64,000 nucleotides of DNA from Dehalococcoidales bacterium. Its GTDB lineage: Bacteria > Chloroflexota > Dehalococcoidia > Dehalococcoidales > RBG-16-60-22. The notes under the pieces are model-generated. The model was not told where the DNA came from. It made no database searches and worked only from the letters and a program-made list of their open reading frames with translations. Numbering within the stretch: the stretch's first letter is position 1; each line of letters opens with the position of its first letter. A program made the translations under genes and the position numbers. The stretch is from positions 659-64,658 of the forward strand of contig DAOULX010000008.1 of assembly GCA_034414775.1 (NCBI GenBank), written 5' to 3'. Below, one piece after another: positions 29,272 through 39,026 of the stretch.

Positions 29272-29679
29272 ATTCATCTGTTCGTTAATATGAATCGAAT
29301 CATGGTATTACATCCCGATTAACTTTTTAATGGTTAAAATAAGTTTGATGGCTATTTTCAAAGGATCATTCAACTGACATTGAGACAGTTTTTATAATGT
29401 AGCTATAATATAAAAGTAAACTAAAAGGAAGTAACATCAAGAGGTGTGGATATAATCGGCGTTAGCGAGTGACCCTTTCTGTTAGTGAAGAAAATAATTG
29501 CGAAGGAAGTACTCACTACCGCCATGGAAAGCAAGCCACAAAAAGGATCTAGCCGTTAATTATTGTCCGGGAAAACCTGGAAGAATGAGGACGAAGGAAA
29601 GTACAGGAATTCATCCAGCCTCTTCTAGAGGAGGAAATCACCGATATTGCCTATATTTTATTAATGTTGGAGGTTTGAT

Positions 29680-30873
29680 ATGAGCGCATTAAATCAACTG
29701 ATAAAGATGTACATTCCGAATTCGGTCGTTGGATTAGGGGCTATTAACTCCATCAGTGAAACTATCAAAGGTTTTGCTCCGACAAAAATTCTTGTTCTTT
29801 CCGATGAAGGTTTGAGGAAAGCCGGGATTGTAGATAAGGTTATACCCTACCTTAAAAGTGCCGGCTATCCATTTGATATTTATGATAAATGTGAAACGGA
29901 GCCAACTATTAGCCACATTGAGACATTAGCACATAGTATTAAAACTAAACACTACGATCTCCTTATCGGTTTGGGAGGAGGCAGTGTCATGGATACTACC
30001 AAGGTCGCGAGTTTAATTGCTGCCAACAAGGGTGTAAACACTTATGACTTGATTAACGGCCAAAAGGTAGAAAATACCATTCGAAAGATACTTATTCCTA
30101 CTACTGCCGGTACTGGCTCGGAATGGAGCTATGCCGCCGTGGTTTCGGACGATAAAGCAGATAAAATGACAAAACTGATCTCAACCCAGCAAAACTTTGC
30201 TGATGCAGTGATCATAGACCCGGAACTAACCTTCGATTTACCTCCCAGGATTACAGCGGATACCGGGATCGATGCTCTTACACACTGTATGGAGGGCTAT
30301 TTCGGAGCTAGATCGAATGTACTTTCTGATATGATTAATGGAACAGCCTTGCAGCTTATTGCCGATAACTTACGTTCTGCCTACCTTCAGGGAACCCAAA
30401 ATCACGAAGCCCGATTTAATATGTCGGTTGCTGCCGCTCTTGCAATTCAGGGTGGAGGTCTTTCTGGTTCACCACTCGCACATATTTTAAATGAACCTCT
30501 TGGAAAAAGAGTGCACATATCCCACGGTACTGCCTGTGGCTTATTACTGGTGCCAGTCATGAAGTTTAATCTCCCAAGTAATCCGAAGAGGTTCGCCCAG
30601 ATTGCCCGAATAATGGGAGAAGATATCCATTTGCTCTCTGATCTTGAAGCAGCTGCCAGGTCAACGGAGGCAGTATACAAACTGATTAAAGACATTAAAA
30701 TGCCGACAAAACTTGCTGAGGCGACGGATATCGAGCTTACTGAGACAGATATCTCGATAATGGCGGAACAAGTCTCTAAAGCCTTTCCCATACTAAATTT
30801 AACAAATACCCGGCCAGTCACTCTCTCAGATGTAACACAAATCTATAGGCATGCTATTTGGGGAGAAAACTAG
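29680..30873 (+). CDS. iron-containing (group III) alcohol dehydrogenase
   Basis: It has the GLGGGSVMDTTK motif and the metal-site histidines IDALTHCMEGY and RVHISHGTACG. 397 aa. Confidence 0.85.
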   Translation: MSALNQLIKMYIPNSVVGLGAINSISETIKGFAPTKILVLSDEGLRKAGIVDKVIPYLKSAGYPFDIYDKCETEPTISHIETLAHSIKTKHYDLLIGLGGGSVMDTTKVASLIAANKGVNTYDLINGQKVENTIRKILIPTTAGTGSEWSYAAVVSDDKADKMTKLISTQQNFADAVIIDPELTFDLPPRITADTGIDALTHCMEGYFGARSNVLSDMINGTALQLIADNLRSAYLQGTQNHEARFNMSVAAALAIQGGGLSGSPLAHILNEPLGKRVHISHGTACGLLLVPVMKFNLPSNPKRFAQIARIMGEDIHLLSDLEAAARSTEAVYKLIKDIKMPTKLAEATDIELTETDISIMAEQVSKAFPILNLTNTRPVTLSDVTQIYRHAIWGEN

Positions 30874-31055
30874 TCCAGCTATTTTTCAAACCCAACATCA
30901 TAAAAAAGAGTTAAAGATATTTATGGTAGGAATAAATTCCATTCCTGATCCGGCTTCCTTGTAAAGATATGGATACAAAAACCGTATTTCAAGGGTAAAT
31001 CTGTCTCTTGTCCGGCCCTTCTTGGTCTCTATCACTTTTGAATAATTTACGGCCC

Positions 31056-31385
31056 TGTTGTGGTCTAATAAAACGGACACCTTAAGAAGAGTCAGGTAAA
31101 ATAGAAGAAAGCAGGAGGTGTTCGATTGACCGAGCAAAAGAGGGGACGTTACACCGCGGAGTTCAAGAATTCTTCCACTTGCGTATCCGGCTGGGATGAA
31201 CCCGAAACCGGTTGGCCAGTTCGGCTATCGTTTCTTCACCCTTTGATGCTTCCAGGGCTACCCTGGCCTTGAATGATGGGCTGTGTTTCCTTCGGTTCTT
31301 TGTCATGTCCTGCTCCTTTCTCTCTTCCTATTTTTAGGGCAGGACCCGCTCTTAGCTACGTGTCCAAATTCCGGGGACCACCTCA
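31056..31385. mobile_element. two IS3-family left-end stubs joined head-to-head (IR plus truncated orfA on each strand)
   Basis: On the + strand, IR TGTTGTGGTCTAATAAAACGGACAC (31056) and AGGAGG precede TTG-TEQKRGRYTAEFKN (31126-31170). On the - strand, IR TGAGGTGGTCCCCGGAATTTGGACAC (outer end 31385) and AAGGAG precede MTKNRRKHSPSFKARVALEASKGEETIAELANRFGVHPSRIRKWKN (31306-31169). The two stubs meet at the GAATTC at 31167-31172. Confidence 0.65.
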
Positions 31386-31513
31386 CGCCATGATGACACA
31401 GCCAAGCGGAACCGGTTATTGAAGCCCGTGAACGCAAAATGCTACTATGAGGGCAAGACCATGTTTCGATTATATTCTCAACAGTTAATCTGTCGATTCT
31501 CAGGGATTCCGTC

Positions 31514-33445
31514 ATGAACGATTTCGGCTATGCCGGTGAGATACTCCGGGTAGACCTGACGACTGGATCCGTCAGCAAGCTAATCACGTCCGATTACGCC
31601 GAACGGTTCCTGGGTGGCCGGGGCATCGCCGCTAAAATTCACTGGGATGAAACTCCCCTCCCCGTCCAGGCCTACAATCCCGGCAACTGCCTGGTCTTCG
31701 CCACCGGGCCGTTAACGGGATTCACCCGGTTGTCAGGCTGCCGTTGGGAGGTCTGCGCCACGGCGCCGGGTGGCGACCGGGACCGCTTTTCTTACGCCAA
31801 TTTCGGGGGGAGCTGGGGGGCCTGGCTCAAATTCAGCGGCTACGACGCGCTGGCCGTTACCGGTCGTGCTGAGCGCCCCGTCTATCTCCTCATCGAAAAC
31901 GGAGACGTTGAAATCAGGGACGCCGCCTTCCTCCGTAGCAAGACCACCTCCGAGACCCAGGAAATGCTGAAGGCAGAACTGGGGAAAGGGGCCAAGGTGC
32001 TCTGCATCGGACCGGCCGCCGAGAACCTGTTGCCCTTCGCCACCATCCTCGCCGAAGATAACGCCTCCGGTACAGGCGGCCTCGGCGGCGTCATGGGATC
32101 GAAGAATCTCAAAGCAATCGTTATCCGGACCGGTGAACTGAAAAGACCGGTGGCTGCCGAACCGGAGCTTCTCAAGACGCTTACAGAACAGGTCTACCGG
32201 CTACAGACGGAGAACTGGGAAGACCACGGCCACGAATTGGTCGCCATGGCCGGAAGGACGCATCGCACCGCCTGCTACGGATGCATCAAGGGCTGCACCC
32301 GCGGGATGTACCGGACTGAGGACGGGCGTCAGTTCAAGTTTTACTGCCAAGCCACTGCCGTCTACCGCGGTCCGGCGGCGAAATACAACGGGAATGCCGG
32401 GGATATCGATAAACTGGCAACGCGACTCTGTGATGAATACGGGCTGGATACCGCCGTACTCCAGCCGATGATCGAATGGCTGGATCGCTGCTATGAAGCG
32501 GGCCTGCTCAATGAACAACTGACCGGTCTGCCAATGGAGCGGATCGGCAGTCCGGAGTTTATCAGGGAGCTGACAAGGAAGCTTGCCTTCCGCGAGGGCT
32601 ACGGTGATGTCCTGGCCGCGGGTACATTCGAGGCCGCCGCTCGTGTCGGCCGGGACGCTGTTGAGCTCATCGGGACGACTATCGCCACACGGGCCGGGGA
32701 GTGCCGCGACCATGATCCCAGACTGTTACCACCCAATATCCTCATCTATGCCACGGAACCACGCCGGTCGGTCTATCTGCTCCACTCGACGGCCTTTCCG
32801 TTGACAAGGTGGCTGAACTGGCAGGCTGGCGCCGATAATGCGTTCCTTACCACCGATATCCTCCGGACCATCGCTGAGAGGGAATGGGGCAGCCGGGACG
32901 CTTTCGATTTTACCACCCGCGGCGGGATGGCTTTGGCCACGAAAAAGATCCAGGACTACGGGTATATAAAATCGAGCCTGGTGCTCTGCGACATGGCCTG
33001 GCCGATCTATCAGGTCCACTCGCTGGATAGCAGCATCGGGGCGTATACCCTGGAAAGCCGCCTTGTCTCGGCTATCACCGGGCGGCCGATGACCGAAGCG
33101 GAATTGGAAAAAACCGGCGAAAGGGTATTTAACCTGCAACGGGCGATACTAAACCGGCAGGGGTGGGGAGGTAGGTCGGGGGATAGCCTCGTCGAGCCGC
33201 TTTTCACCGAGCCCCTTGACGGGACGTTCTATGACCCCGAGAGCATTGTCCCCGGCGGTGATGACGACCCGGCTCCAAGAAAGGGCGCCGTCATCGGAAG
33301 AGAGGATTTTGAGAAGCTGAAGGACGAGTACTATACGTTGCGTGGTTGGGACGTGGCTACCGGACTTCAGAAAGATTCCAAACTGATTGAGCTGGGGCTC
33401 GGAGACATCGCCCGGGTGTTGGAGGAAAGCGGCCTCTTAAAGTAG
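31514..33445 (+). CDS. aldehyde:ferredoxin oxidoreductase family (tungstopterin) enzyme
   Basis: It has the N-terminal AFOR motif GEILRVDLTTGSV..FLGGRGIAAKI and the cluster motif TACYGCIKGC. 643 aa. Confidence 0.85.
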   Translation: MNDFGYAGEILRVDLTTGSVSKLITSDYAERFLGGRGIAAKIHWDETPLPVQAYNPGNCLVFATGPLTGFTRLSGCRWEVCATAPGGDRDRFSYANFGGSWGAWLKFSGYDALAVTGRAERPVYLLIENGDVEIRDAAFLRSKTTSETQEMLKAELGKGAKVLCIGPAAENLLPFATILAEDNASGTGGLGGVMGSKNLKAIVIRTGELKRPVAAEPELLKTLTEQVYRLQTENWEDHGHELVAMAGRTHRTACYGCIKGCTRGMYRTEDGRQFKFYCQATAVYRGPAAKYNGNAGDIDKLATRLCDEYGLDTAVLQPMIEWLDRCYEAGLLNEQLTGLPMERIGSPEFIRELTRKLAFREGYGDVLAAGTFEAAARVGRDAVELIGTTIATRAGECRDHDPRLLPPNILIYATEPRRSVYLLHSTAFPLTRWLNWQAGADNAFLTTDILRTIAEREWGSRDAFDFTTRGGMALATKKIQDYGYIKSSLVLCDMAWPIYQVHSLDSSIGAYTLESRLVSAITGRPMTEAELEKTGERVFNLQRAILNRQGWGGRSGDSLVEPLFTEPLDGTFYDPESIVPGGDDDPAPRKGAVIGREDFEKLKDEYYTLRGWDVATGLQKDSKLIELGLGDIARVLEESGLLK

Positions 33446-33776
33446 TCTGCTTCGTTCACTCCTCGGAATCGCCATTCGGTTCCTTTTCATCGATCAAGTG
33501 CAAAACGTTTTTCCTGACTTCCCGCAGGGTGTTGTCCAGTTCTATAATATCCGAGGTGTAGAGATAGGCAAGGAATATCCTGACACCCTGGAATTCCGTG
33601 ACTGTGCCCGAAGTTCCTTCGCCGTGGTCTTAATAGCGTCCCTGTCCGGCTGAGCCATGTACTTAAGATTTTAAACGGATACTAATAGATTATCGATGTT
33701 AAAGTCATATACGAAATAATTCATTTTATTAATTAGTGTCAGAGTTGAAAAAGATTAGTTAATTCGGGTGTGGGCC

Positions 33777-34928
33777 TTAGCCCCGGAGGAAGTCCCGGAG
33801 AAAAACAAGGCTGTGAGTTACCGCCCGCTGGACTACCTGCTGTGGGCCTCCCGGGTAGCCTGTCTCGATTACCTGGTTTTTTACTTCCCGGTCCGCCGCG
33901 ATGATTACCATTCCCCCCTCCCCGCCACCATCAATGGCGATGCCCACGTCGGCGGAGAACTGGCGCCGCACTGATCGCGCCATTTCCAGAACCTTCTCGT
34001 GGCTGCTGACGCCCTCGGCGGGGAGGATAAAACCGCCACGGAAATAACGACGGACGTCCGGATTACCCACTAGGGTCTGCGCCAGTAAACCCGTGGTAAA
34101 AGTCTCGGAGGCGGCCAGGGAGAGTTGCTTTTCAGTGAGGATACTCCCCACCACACCTTCTAAAGTATCTTCATCCGCCCCCCAAATATGATCTCCCATC
34201 ACCTCCCTAATCTCAGCCTCGCGTCCGGCAACTCTTGCCTCAGCATCTGCCCGGTCGTTGCCCTTAGTAGTGATACGCAGGTGGATGCCGTCATACTTGG
34301 CATAGACCCCCAGCGTGGGATCGGCCTGGGATAAGTACGGGGTGAGTAGTTCGTCAACTTTTCCCTCGGTCATGCCCCAGGTCTTCAGGGTCCGGGAGAT
34401 AATGATAGCGCCACTTTTCGCCTCTAGCCGGGGCTGCACTTCATTATGCCACATATCCTGCAGTTCTATTGGAGGGCCGGGTAAAGCCGCAATTATCCGG
34501 CCATCTTTCTCCACCCACCAGCCCGGCGCCGTGCCGCATTTGTTCGGCAGGGCCTTTGCGGACGGGACAAGCATGGCCTGTTTGATATTATTTTCCGGCA
34601 TTTCAATACCGCGACGTGTAAAGAAGCCGGTTAGCTCCTCCTTTATTTCCGGGACAATGGTCATCGTTTCGCCCAACAGCCCGGCAATCACCTCCCGGGT
34701 GATGTCCCCCAGAGTCGGGCCCAGGCCGCCGGTAGTGAAAATCAGGTCCGACCTTTCCCAGGCCTGCCGGAGCAGGCCGGAGTACCTGGCGAAATTGTCC
34801 CCCACCGCCGAGGTATAATACAGGTCTATTCCCAGCGCCGCGAGCCGCCCAGCGATAAAGGGCGTGTTGGAATCGGTGATTTCCCCGAGCAATAGCTCGG
34901 TGCCGCTGGTAATGATTTCGGCTTTCAT
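33777..34928 (-). CDS. cinA: CinA family protein (MoCF-biosynthesis-like N-domain plus PncC-like nicotinamide-nucleotide amidase domain)
   Basis: It begins MKAEIITSGTELLLGEITDSNTPFIAGRLAALGI. I prefer the ATG at 34928, which is preceded by GGAGGAG. The ORF-track start at 35054 adds 42 unsupported residues. Confidence 0.8.
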   Translation of the reverse strand: MKAEIITSGTELLLGEITDSNTPFIAGRLAALGIDLYYTSAVGDNFARYSGLLRQAWERSDLIFTTGGLGPTLGDITREVIAGLLGETMTIVPEIKEELTGFFTRRGIEMPENNIKQAMLVPSAKALPNKCGTAPGWWVEKDGRIIAALPGPPIELQDMWHNEVQPRLEAKSGAIIISRTLKTWGMTEGKVDELLTPYLSQADPTLGVYAKYDGIHLRITTKGNDRADAEARVAGREAEIREVMGDHIWGADEDTLEGVVGSILTEKQLSLAASETFTTGLLAQTLVGNPDVRRYFRGGFILPAEGVSSHEKVLEMARSVRRQFSADVGIAIDGGGEGGMVIIAADREVKNQVIETGYPGGPQQVVQRAVTHSLVFLRDFLRG

Positions 34929-35178
34929 GTCGTCATAGCTCCTCCAGCCCCCATTATCAGTGATAATGGGGCGGGTGCTCAAGTCCGGGCTGGATTTACC
35001 TGCCCTTATCCCCCAATCCGTCCCCATATAATCCCTGTTGATGGTTCGGGACATAAGTTACAGACACTCATCATGAAATACTCCTAGAATCGAATTGAAA
35101 AAGCGGCTTTCGCCCGACCTGCCTGAGGTTTAAGTCATCCCTAGTGGCATGCTAATATAGCTTAGAGGAGGAAGGCAC

Positions 35179-35625
35179 ATGAAAAATGTTCTTTTGGTTT
35201 ACTTCAGCCTGAGCGGCAATACCCAGACCATGGCGCAGTATGTAGCCGAAGGCGTCCGTTTTAGCGGGCAGGATGTAACGGTCAAAAAGGCGGCGGAAAT
35301 CAAGGAAGCCTCGGAGCTGGCCGGCTACGACGGCTACATCTTTGCTTCACCCACCTACTACCTGGATATCGGCGCCCCGATGAAGACCTTTCTTTTCCTG
35401 GCGCGGCAGGCCGACCTCGCCGGTAAGCTGGCCGGGGCGTTTGGCTCCTACACCCATGACGGCAACGCCCCGCGGATGATATTCGATACCATGCAGAATG
35501 TTTTTAAGATGGAGCCTTTCGAACTGGGGGCCTTCAACCTAGTTGAGGCTAAGGTAGCCACCAACGAAGGTATGCGCGCCTGCCAGGCCTACGGCCGGAC
35601 CTTCGGCGAGGCGCTGGAAAGGTAA
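35179..35625 (+). CDS. flavodoxin (short-chain)
   Basis: 148 aa with the FMN phosphate loop LLVYFSLSGNTQTMA. GAGGAGG precedes the ATG. Confidence 0.85.
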   Translation: MKNVLLVYFSLSGNTQTMAQYVAEGVRFSGQDVTVKKAAEIKEASELAGYDGYIFASPTYYLDIGAPMKTFLFLARQADLAGKLAGAFGSYTHDGNAPRMIFDTMQNVFKMEPFELGAFNLVEAKVATNEGMRACQAYGRTFGEALER

Positions 35626-35659
35626 ACATCTTTCCCCGTCCGGTTAAGGCAGGCACGCC

Positions 35660-36472
35660 ATGCATATTGTCTGTTGCATCAAGCAGGTGCCGGATACCGC
35701 CCAGGTAAAGATCGATCCGGATACCAATACCCTGGTGCGCTCCGGCATGGAATCCATCTGCAATCCGTATGACCTCGTCGCCGTGGAGGCCGCCGTCCAG
35801 CTTATCGAAAGACACGGCGGAAAGGTCACCGTGATAACGATGGGGCCTCCCCAGGCGGAAACGGCCCTGCGGGAGTGCCTGGCGCTGGGCGCCGCCGATG
35901 CCGTGCTGCTTTCGGACAGGGCCTTTGCCGGCGCCGATACTCTGGCCACCAGCTACACTCTGGCCCAGGCAATCACCATGATTGCCCAGGAGGAACCGGT
36001 TGACCTCGTCCTCTGTGGCAAGCAGGCCATCGACGGGGACACCGCGCAGACCGGGCCGGGCGTCGCCACGCGGCTGGGCTTTGACCAGCTAACCTACGTT
36101 TCCAAAATAGTCGATATCGATCCTGAGAACCGGACCATACGCGTGCAAAGAGAGGTAGAGGGTGGCCAGGAGATAGTTGAGGGGAGACTCCCCGCCCTGC
36201 TGACCGCCGAACTGGAACTGGCCACGCCTCGCTACGCCTCTCTGCCAGACCTAATACAGGCTTTAAGATACTCCGTCAAGACCTGGGGCGCCGCCGAGAT
36301 TTCCGGCCAGCCGGAAAAGCTGGGACTCAAGGGCTCGCCGACCTCGGTCAAGGAGATATTTACCCCACCGCTGCGCCAGGGTGGTCCGGTGTTCGATGGT
36401 GCTGATGAATTACTTGACGCCATCTTTAAGAACGAGAAAGCGCTGCTTGAAGAATTGCTGAAAAAGGGATAG
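35660..36472 (+). CDS. fixA: electron transfer flavoprotein beta subunit (FixA/EtfB)
   Basis: It begins MHIVCCIKQVPDTAQVKIDPDTNTLVR and contains NPYDLVAVEAAV. 270 aa. Confidence 0.9.
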   Translation: MHIVCCIKQVPDTAQVKIDPDTNTLVRSGMESICNPYDLVAVEAAVQLIERHGGKVTVITMGPPQAETALRECLALGAADAVLLSDRAFAGADTLATSYTLAQAITMIAQEEPVDLVLCGKQAIDGDTAQTGPGVATRLGFDQLTYVSKIVDIDPENRTIRVQREVEGGQEIVEGRLPALLTAELELATPRYASLPDLIQALRYSVKTWGAAEISGQPEKLGLKGSPTSVKEIFTPPLRQGGPVFDGADELLDAIFKNEKALLEELLKKG

Positions 36473-36474
36473 CC

Positions 36475-37725
36475 ATGCCGAAGAACTTTAAAGGCCGGGA
36501 CATCGCTGAGATCGTCCCGGAAAAGTGTATCGCCTGCCAGATGTGCATCGGGGAGTGCCCCGTCAGCGCTATTAAAATGAAGGGCGATGCGGCGCAAATC
36601 GATCCGGAGGCCTGCATCGCCTGCGGCAAGTGCTTTGATATCTGTCCGGTGGGCGCCGTCATCTTTGAAAAACCACGCAAGAAAAGACCGGCCGCCCCCG
36701 GACAGCCCCGCCCCGCCGGTGACCACGCCGGCGTCGCCGTCTTCATCGAAGTATGGGAGGGACAGGGTGCTGAGGTATCCTGGGAGCTGGTCGGCAAGGC
36801 GCGGGAGATCGCCGATAAGCTCGGGACGCCGGTGCTGGGATTTCTGCCCGGTTCCGATGTAACGCCAATCGCCGATGAGGCCATTGCCTATGGCTGCGAT
36901 ACGGTCTACGTCGTCAACGACTCCCTGTTGAAACAATATCTTTCCATGACTTACGGCCAGGCGTTGGCTCAGCTCTGCCGCGAGGCCAAGCCGGAGATGC
37001 TGCTGCTCGGTGCGACCGGCCTGGGCCGCGACCTTTCCGGCGTGGTGGCTACCCGGCTGGAGACCGGGTTGACGGCGGACTGCACCGACCTGGATGTAGA
37101 CATTGAGAACCGCTGGCTTCTTATGACCCGGCCCACCTTCGGCGGCAACATCATGGCCACCATCCTCTGCCGCCAGCATTACCCCCAGATGAGCACTGTC
37201 CGGCCGAGGGTCTTCCAGATACCCGAAAAAGACTCCGCTCGAAAGGGAGAAATCCGCCAGGTTAAGCTGGAGCCAATCGAAGGAGACCTGCCGAAAATCA
37301 TCGATTTTATCCCCGCGGCAGCCACCGGCGTCGATATCACCCAGGTCCCGGTACTGGTCGTGGTGGGCAAAGGCGCCTGCGATTCTAAGAACCTGCCCAT
37401 GCTCGAGGAGATGGCGGGGCTACTCGGCGGCACCGTAGCCTGCTCCCGCCCGGTAGTGGAGGCGGGGCTGATGCCCTACGAGCGCCAGGTAGGCCAGACG
37501 GGCCGGACCGTTGCTCCCAAGCTTTACATCGGTGTCGGGGTCTCCGGCTCGGTGCAGCACCAGGCCGGCATGCAGGGCGCCGCCAAGATAATCGCCATCA
37601 ACACCGACCGCCACGCCCCACTGGTGCAAATCGCTGATTACTCCATCATCGGGGACTACGCAGAGATAGTGCCGGAGATTATAAAGGGGCTGAAGACTAA
37701 GACCAGGCAGGCAAGCGCACCATGA
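36475..37725 (+). CDS. fixB: electron transfer flavoprotein alpha subunit (FixB/EtfA) with N-terminal 2x[4Fe-4S] ferredoxin domain
   Basis: It has CIACQMCIGECP and CIACGKCFDICP at the N-terminus, and the C-terminal LYIGVGVSGSVQHQAGMQGAAKIIAINTD FAD-binding signature. Confidence 0.9.
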   Translation: MPKNFKGRDIAEIVPEKCIACQMCIGECPVSAIKMKGDAAQIDPEACIACGKCFDICPVGAVIFEKPRKKRPAAPGQPRPAGDHAGVAVFIEVWEGQGAEVSWELVGKAREIADKLGTPVLGFLPGSDVTPIADEAIAYGCDTVYVVNDSLLKQYLSMTYGQALAQLCREAKPEMLLLGATGLGRDLSGVVATRLETGLTADCTDLDVDIENRWLLMTRPTFGGNIMATILCRQHYPQMSTVRPRVFQIPEKDSARKGEIRQVKLEPIEGDLPKIIDFIPAAATGVDITQVPVLVVVGKGACDSKNLPMLEEMAGLLGGTVACSRPVVEAGLMPYERQVGQTGRTVAPKLYIGVGVSGSVQHQAGMQGAAKIIAINTDRHAPLVQIADYSIIGDYAEIVPEIIKGLKTKTRQASAP

Positions 37726-39026
37726 AAGAGTCTTTCGACGTCGCCATCGTCGGGGCGGGGCCGGCCGGTATCTCGGCCGCCTGCACTCTGGCCGATGCCG
37801 GCGTCAAGACCATCGTCTTCGAGCGGGGGGAGTTCCCCGGGGCTAAAAACGTCTCCGGCGGTGTTCTCTATGGCCATGACCTGTCTCAAATAATACCGGA
37901 CTACATCGAACGCGACTGCCCTATCGAGCGGAATATTGTGGAGATGAGACTCTGGTACCTCTCCGTGCAGAGCGGTTATAGTTTGGGCTACCGGGATACC
38001 GCCTTCATGAACGAGCGCAAGAACAATGCTTTTACTATTACGCGCGCCCGGTTCGACCGCTGGTTCGCGGAGCAGGCGGTGAAAAAGGGCGCCCTGGTGG
38101 TGCCCGCCACCAACGTGATCGACCTGTTGAGAGATGGCGACAACAGCGTGGCGGGGGTGGTTACCGGCCGCGAGGACGGCGAGGTCCGGGCCAAAGTCAC
38201 CATCCTGGCCGACGGCGTCAACTCGCCGCTGGCCGCCAGGGCGGGGTTCCGCCCGGAGCCCCGGCCGGAAGATGTCGCCCTGGCCGTCAAGGAGATTATC
38301 GAGCTTCCCCCGGAGGTCATCGAGCAGCGCTTCGGGGTCGATAAAGAAAATGGCGTGACCACCGAGGTCCTCGGCGAGATAACGGCGGGCATGGACGGCG
38401 TGGCGGCCATCTACACCAACCGCGCTTCTGTTTCCCTGTCCATCGGGGCCAACCTGGCCGATTTTGTATCCTTACAGGTCAGGCCTTATGAAATGATCGA
38501 GTCCTTCAAGCAGCACCCGATGGTGGCCCCGCTTATAGAAGGGGGACACCCCCAGGAATACCTGGCCCACTGGCTGGCCGAAGGCGGCTACGATACCATC
38601 CCCCGGCTCTTTGGAAACGGCTATCTTATCGCCGGGGACTCTGCCATGCTCTTCAACGCCCTGCACCGCGAGGGCAACAACTTGGCTATGGCTTCGGGGA
38701 AAATGGCGGCGGAGGCGGCTATCGAGGCCCTGGAGCGTGGAGACGCATCGAAGCGGGGTCTCTCGGGATACGGCGAAAGGTTGGCCAAATCTTATGTAAT
38801 CAAAGACTTGAGGAAATACCGCCGCTTCGGGCGGTTCCTCTATCACCACAAAGAGCTTTTTAACGAGCTCCCGGCGCTGGCCTCAATGGTGGCCCGCAAG
38901 ATGCTTACCGTCGATGGCGTTCCCAAGAAACGAAAGCAGCGGTTGATCTGGCGGGAGATACGGCGTAAGATGGGAATCTGGAGGCTTCTCCGGCTGTTCT
39001 GGCAGGCGTGGAGGGCGGTAAAATGA
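37722..39026 (+). CDS. fixC: FixC-type FAD-dependent oxidoreductase (ETF:quinone oxidoreductase-like)
   Basis: It contains FDVAIVGAGPAGISAA. The ATGA overlap with fixB indicates coupling. 434 aa. Confidence 0.85.
   Translation: MKESFDVAIVGAGPAGISAACTLADAGVKTIVFERGEFPGAKNVSGGVLYGHDLSQIIPDYIERDCPIERNIVEMRLWYLSVQSGYSLGYRDTAFMNERKNNAFTITRARFDRWFAEQAVKKGALVVPATNVIDLLRDGDNSVAGVVTGREDGEVRAKVTILADGVNSPLAARAGFRPEPRPEDVALAVKEIIELPPEVIEQRFGVDKENGVTTEVLGEITAGMDGVAAIYTNRASVSLSIGANLADFVSLQVRPYEMIESFKQHPMVAPLIEGGHPQEYLAHWLAEGGYDTIPRLFGNGYLIAGDSAMLFNALHREGNNLAMASGKMAAEAAIEALERGDASKRGLSGYGERLAKSYVIKDLRKYRRFGRFLYHHKELFNELPALASMVARKMLTVDGVPKKRKQRLIWREIRRKMGIWRLLRLFWQAWRAVK

Noticed and set aside
30898-31515. 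ORFs 30898-31137 (-) and 31303-31515 (-)
   Set aside because: They overlap the IS3 terminal repeats and stubs and the AOR leader. They have no RBS and no family resemblance.
33446-33660. Possible small gene on the - strand (MAQPDRDAIKTTAKELRAQS.. then ..EFQGVRIFLAYLYTSDIIELDNTLREVRKNVLHLIDEKEPNGDSEE in another frame)
   Set aside because: It reads through only with a frameshift. Neither frame alone reaches 60 aa with a start codon, and I recognise no family. It may be a remnant.
36232-37179. 315-aa ORF on the - strand
   Set aside because: It is antisense across the fixA/fixB junction. It has no family resemblance, and the sense strand carries clear Etf signatures.
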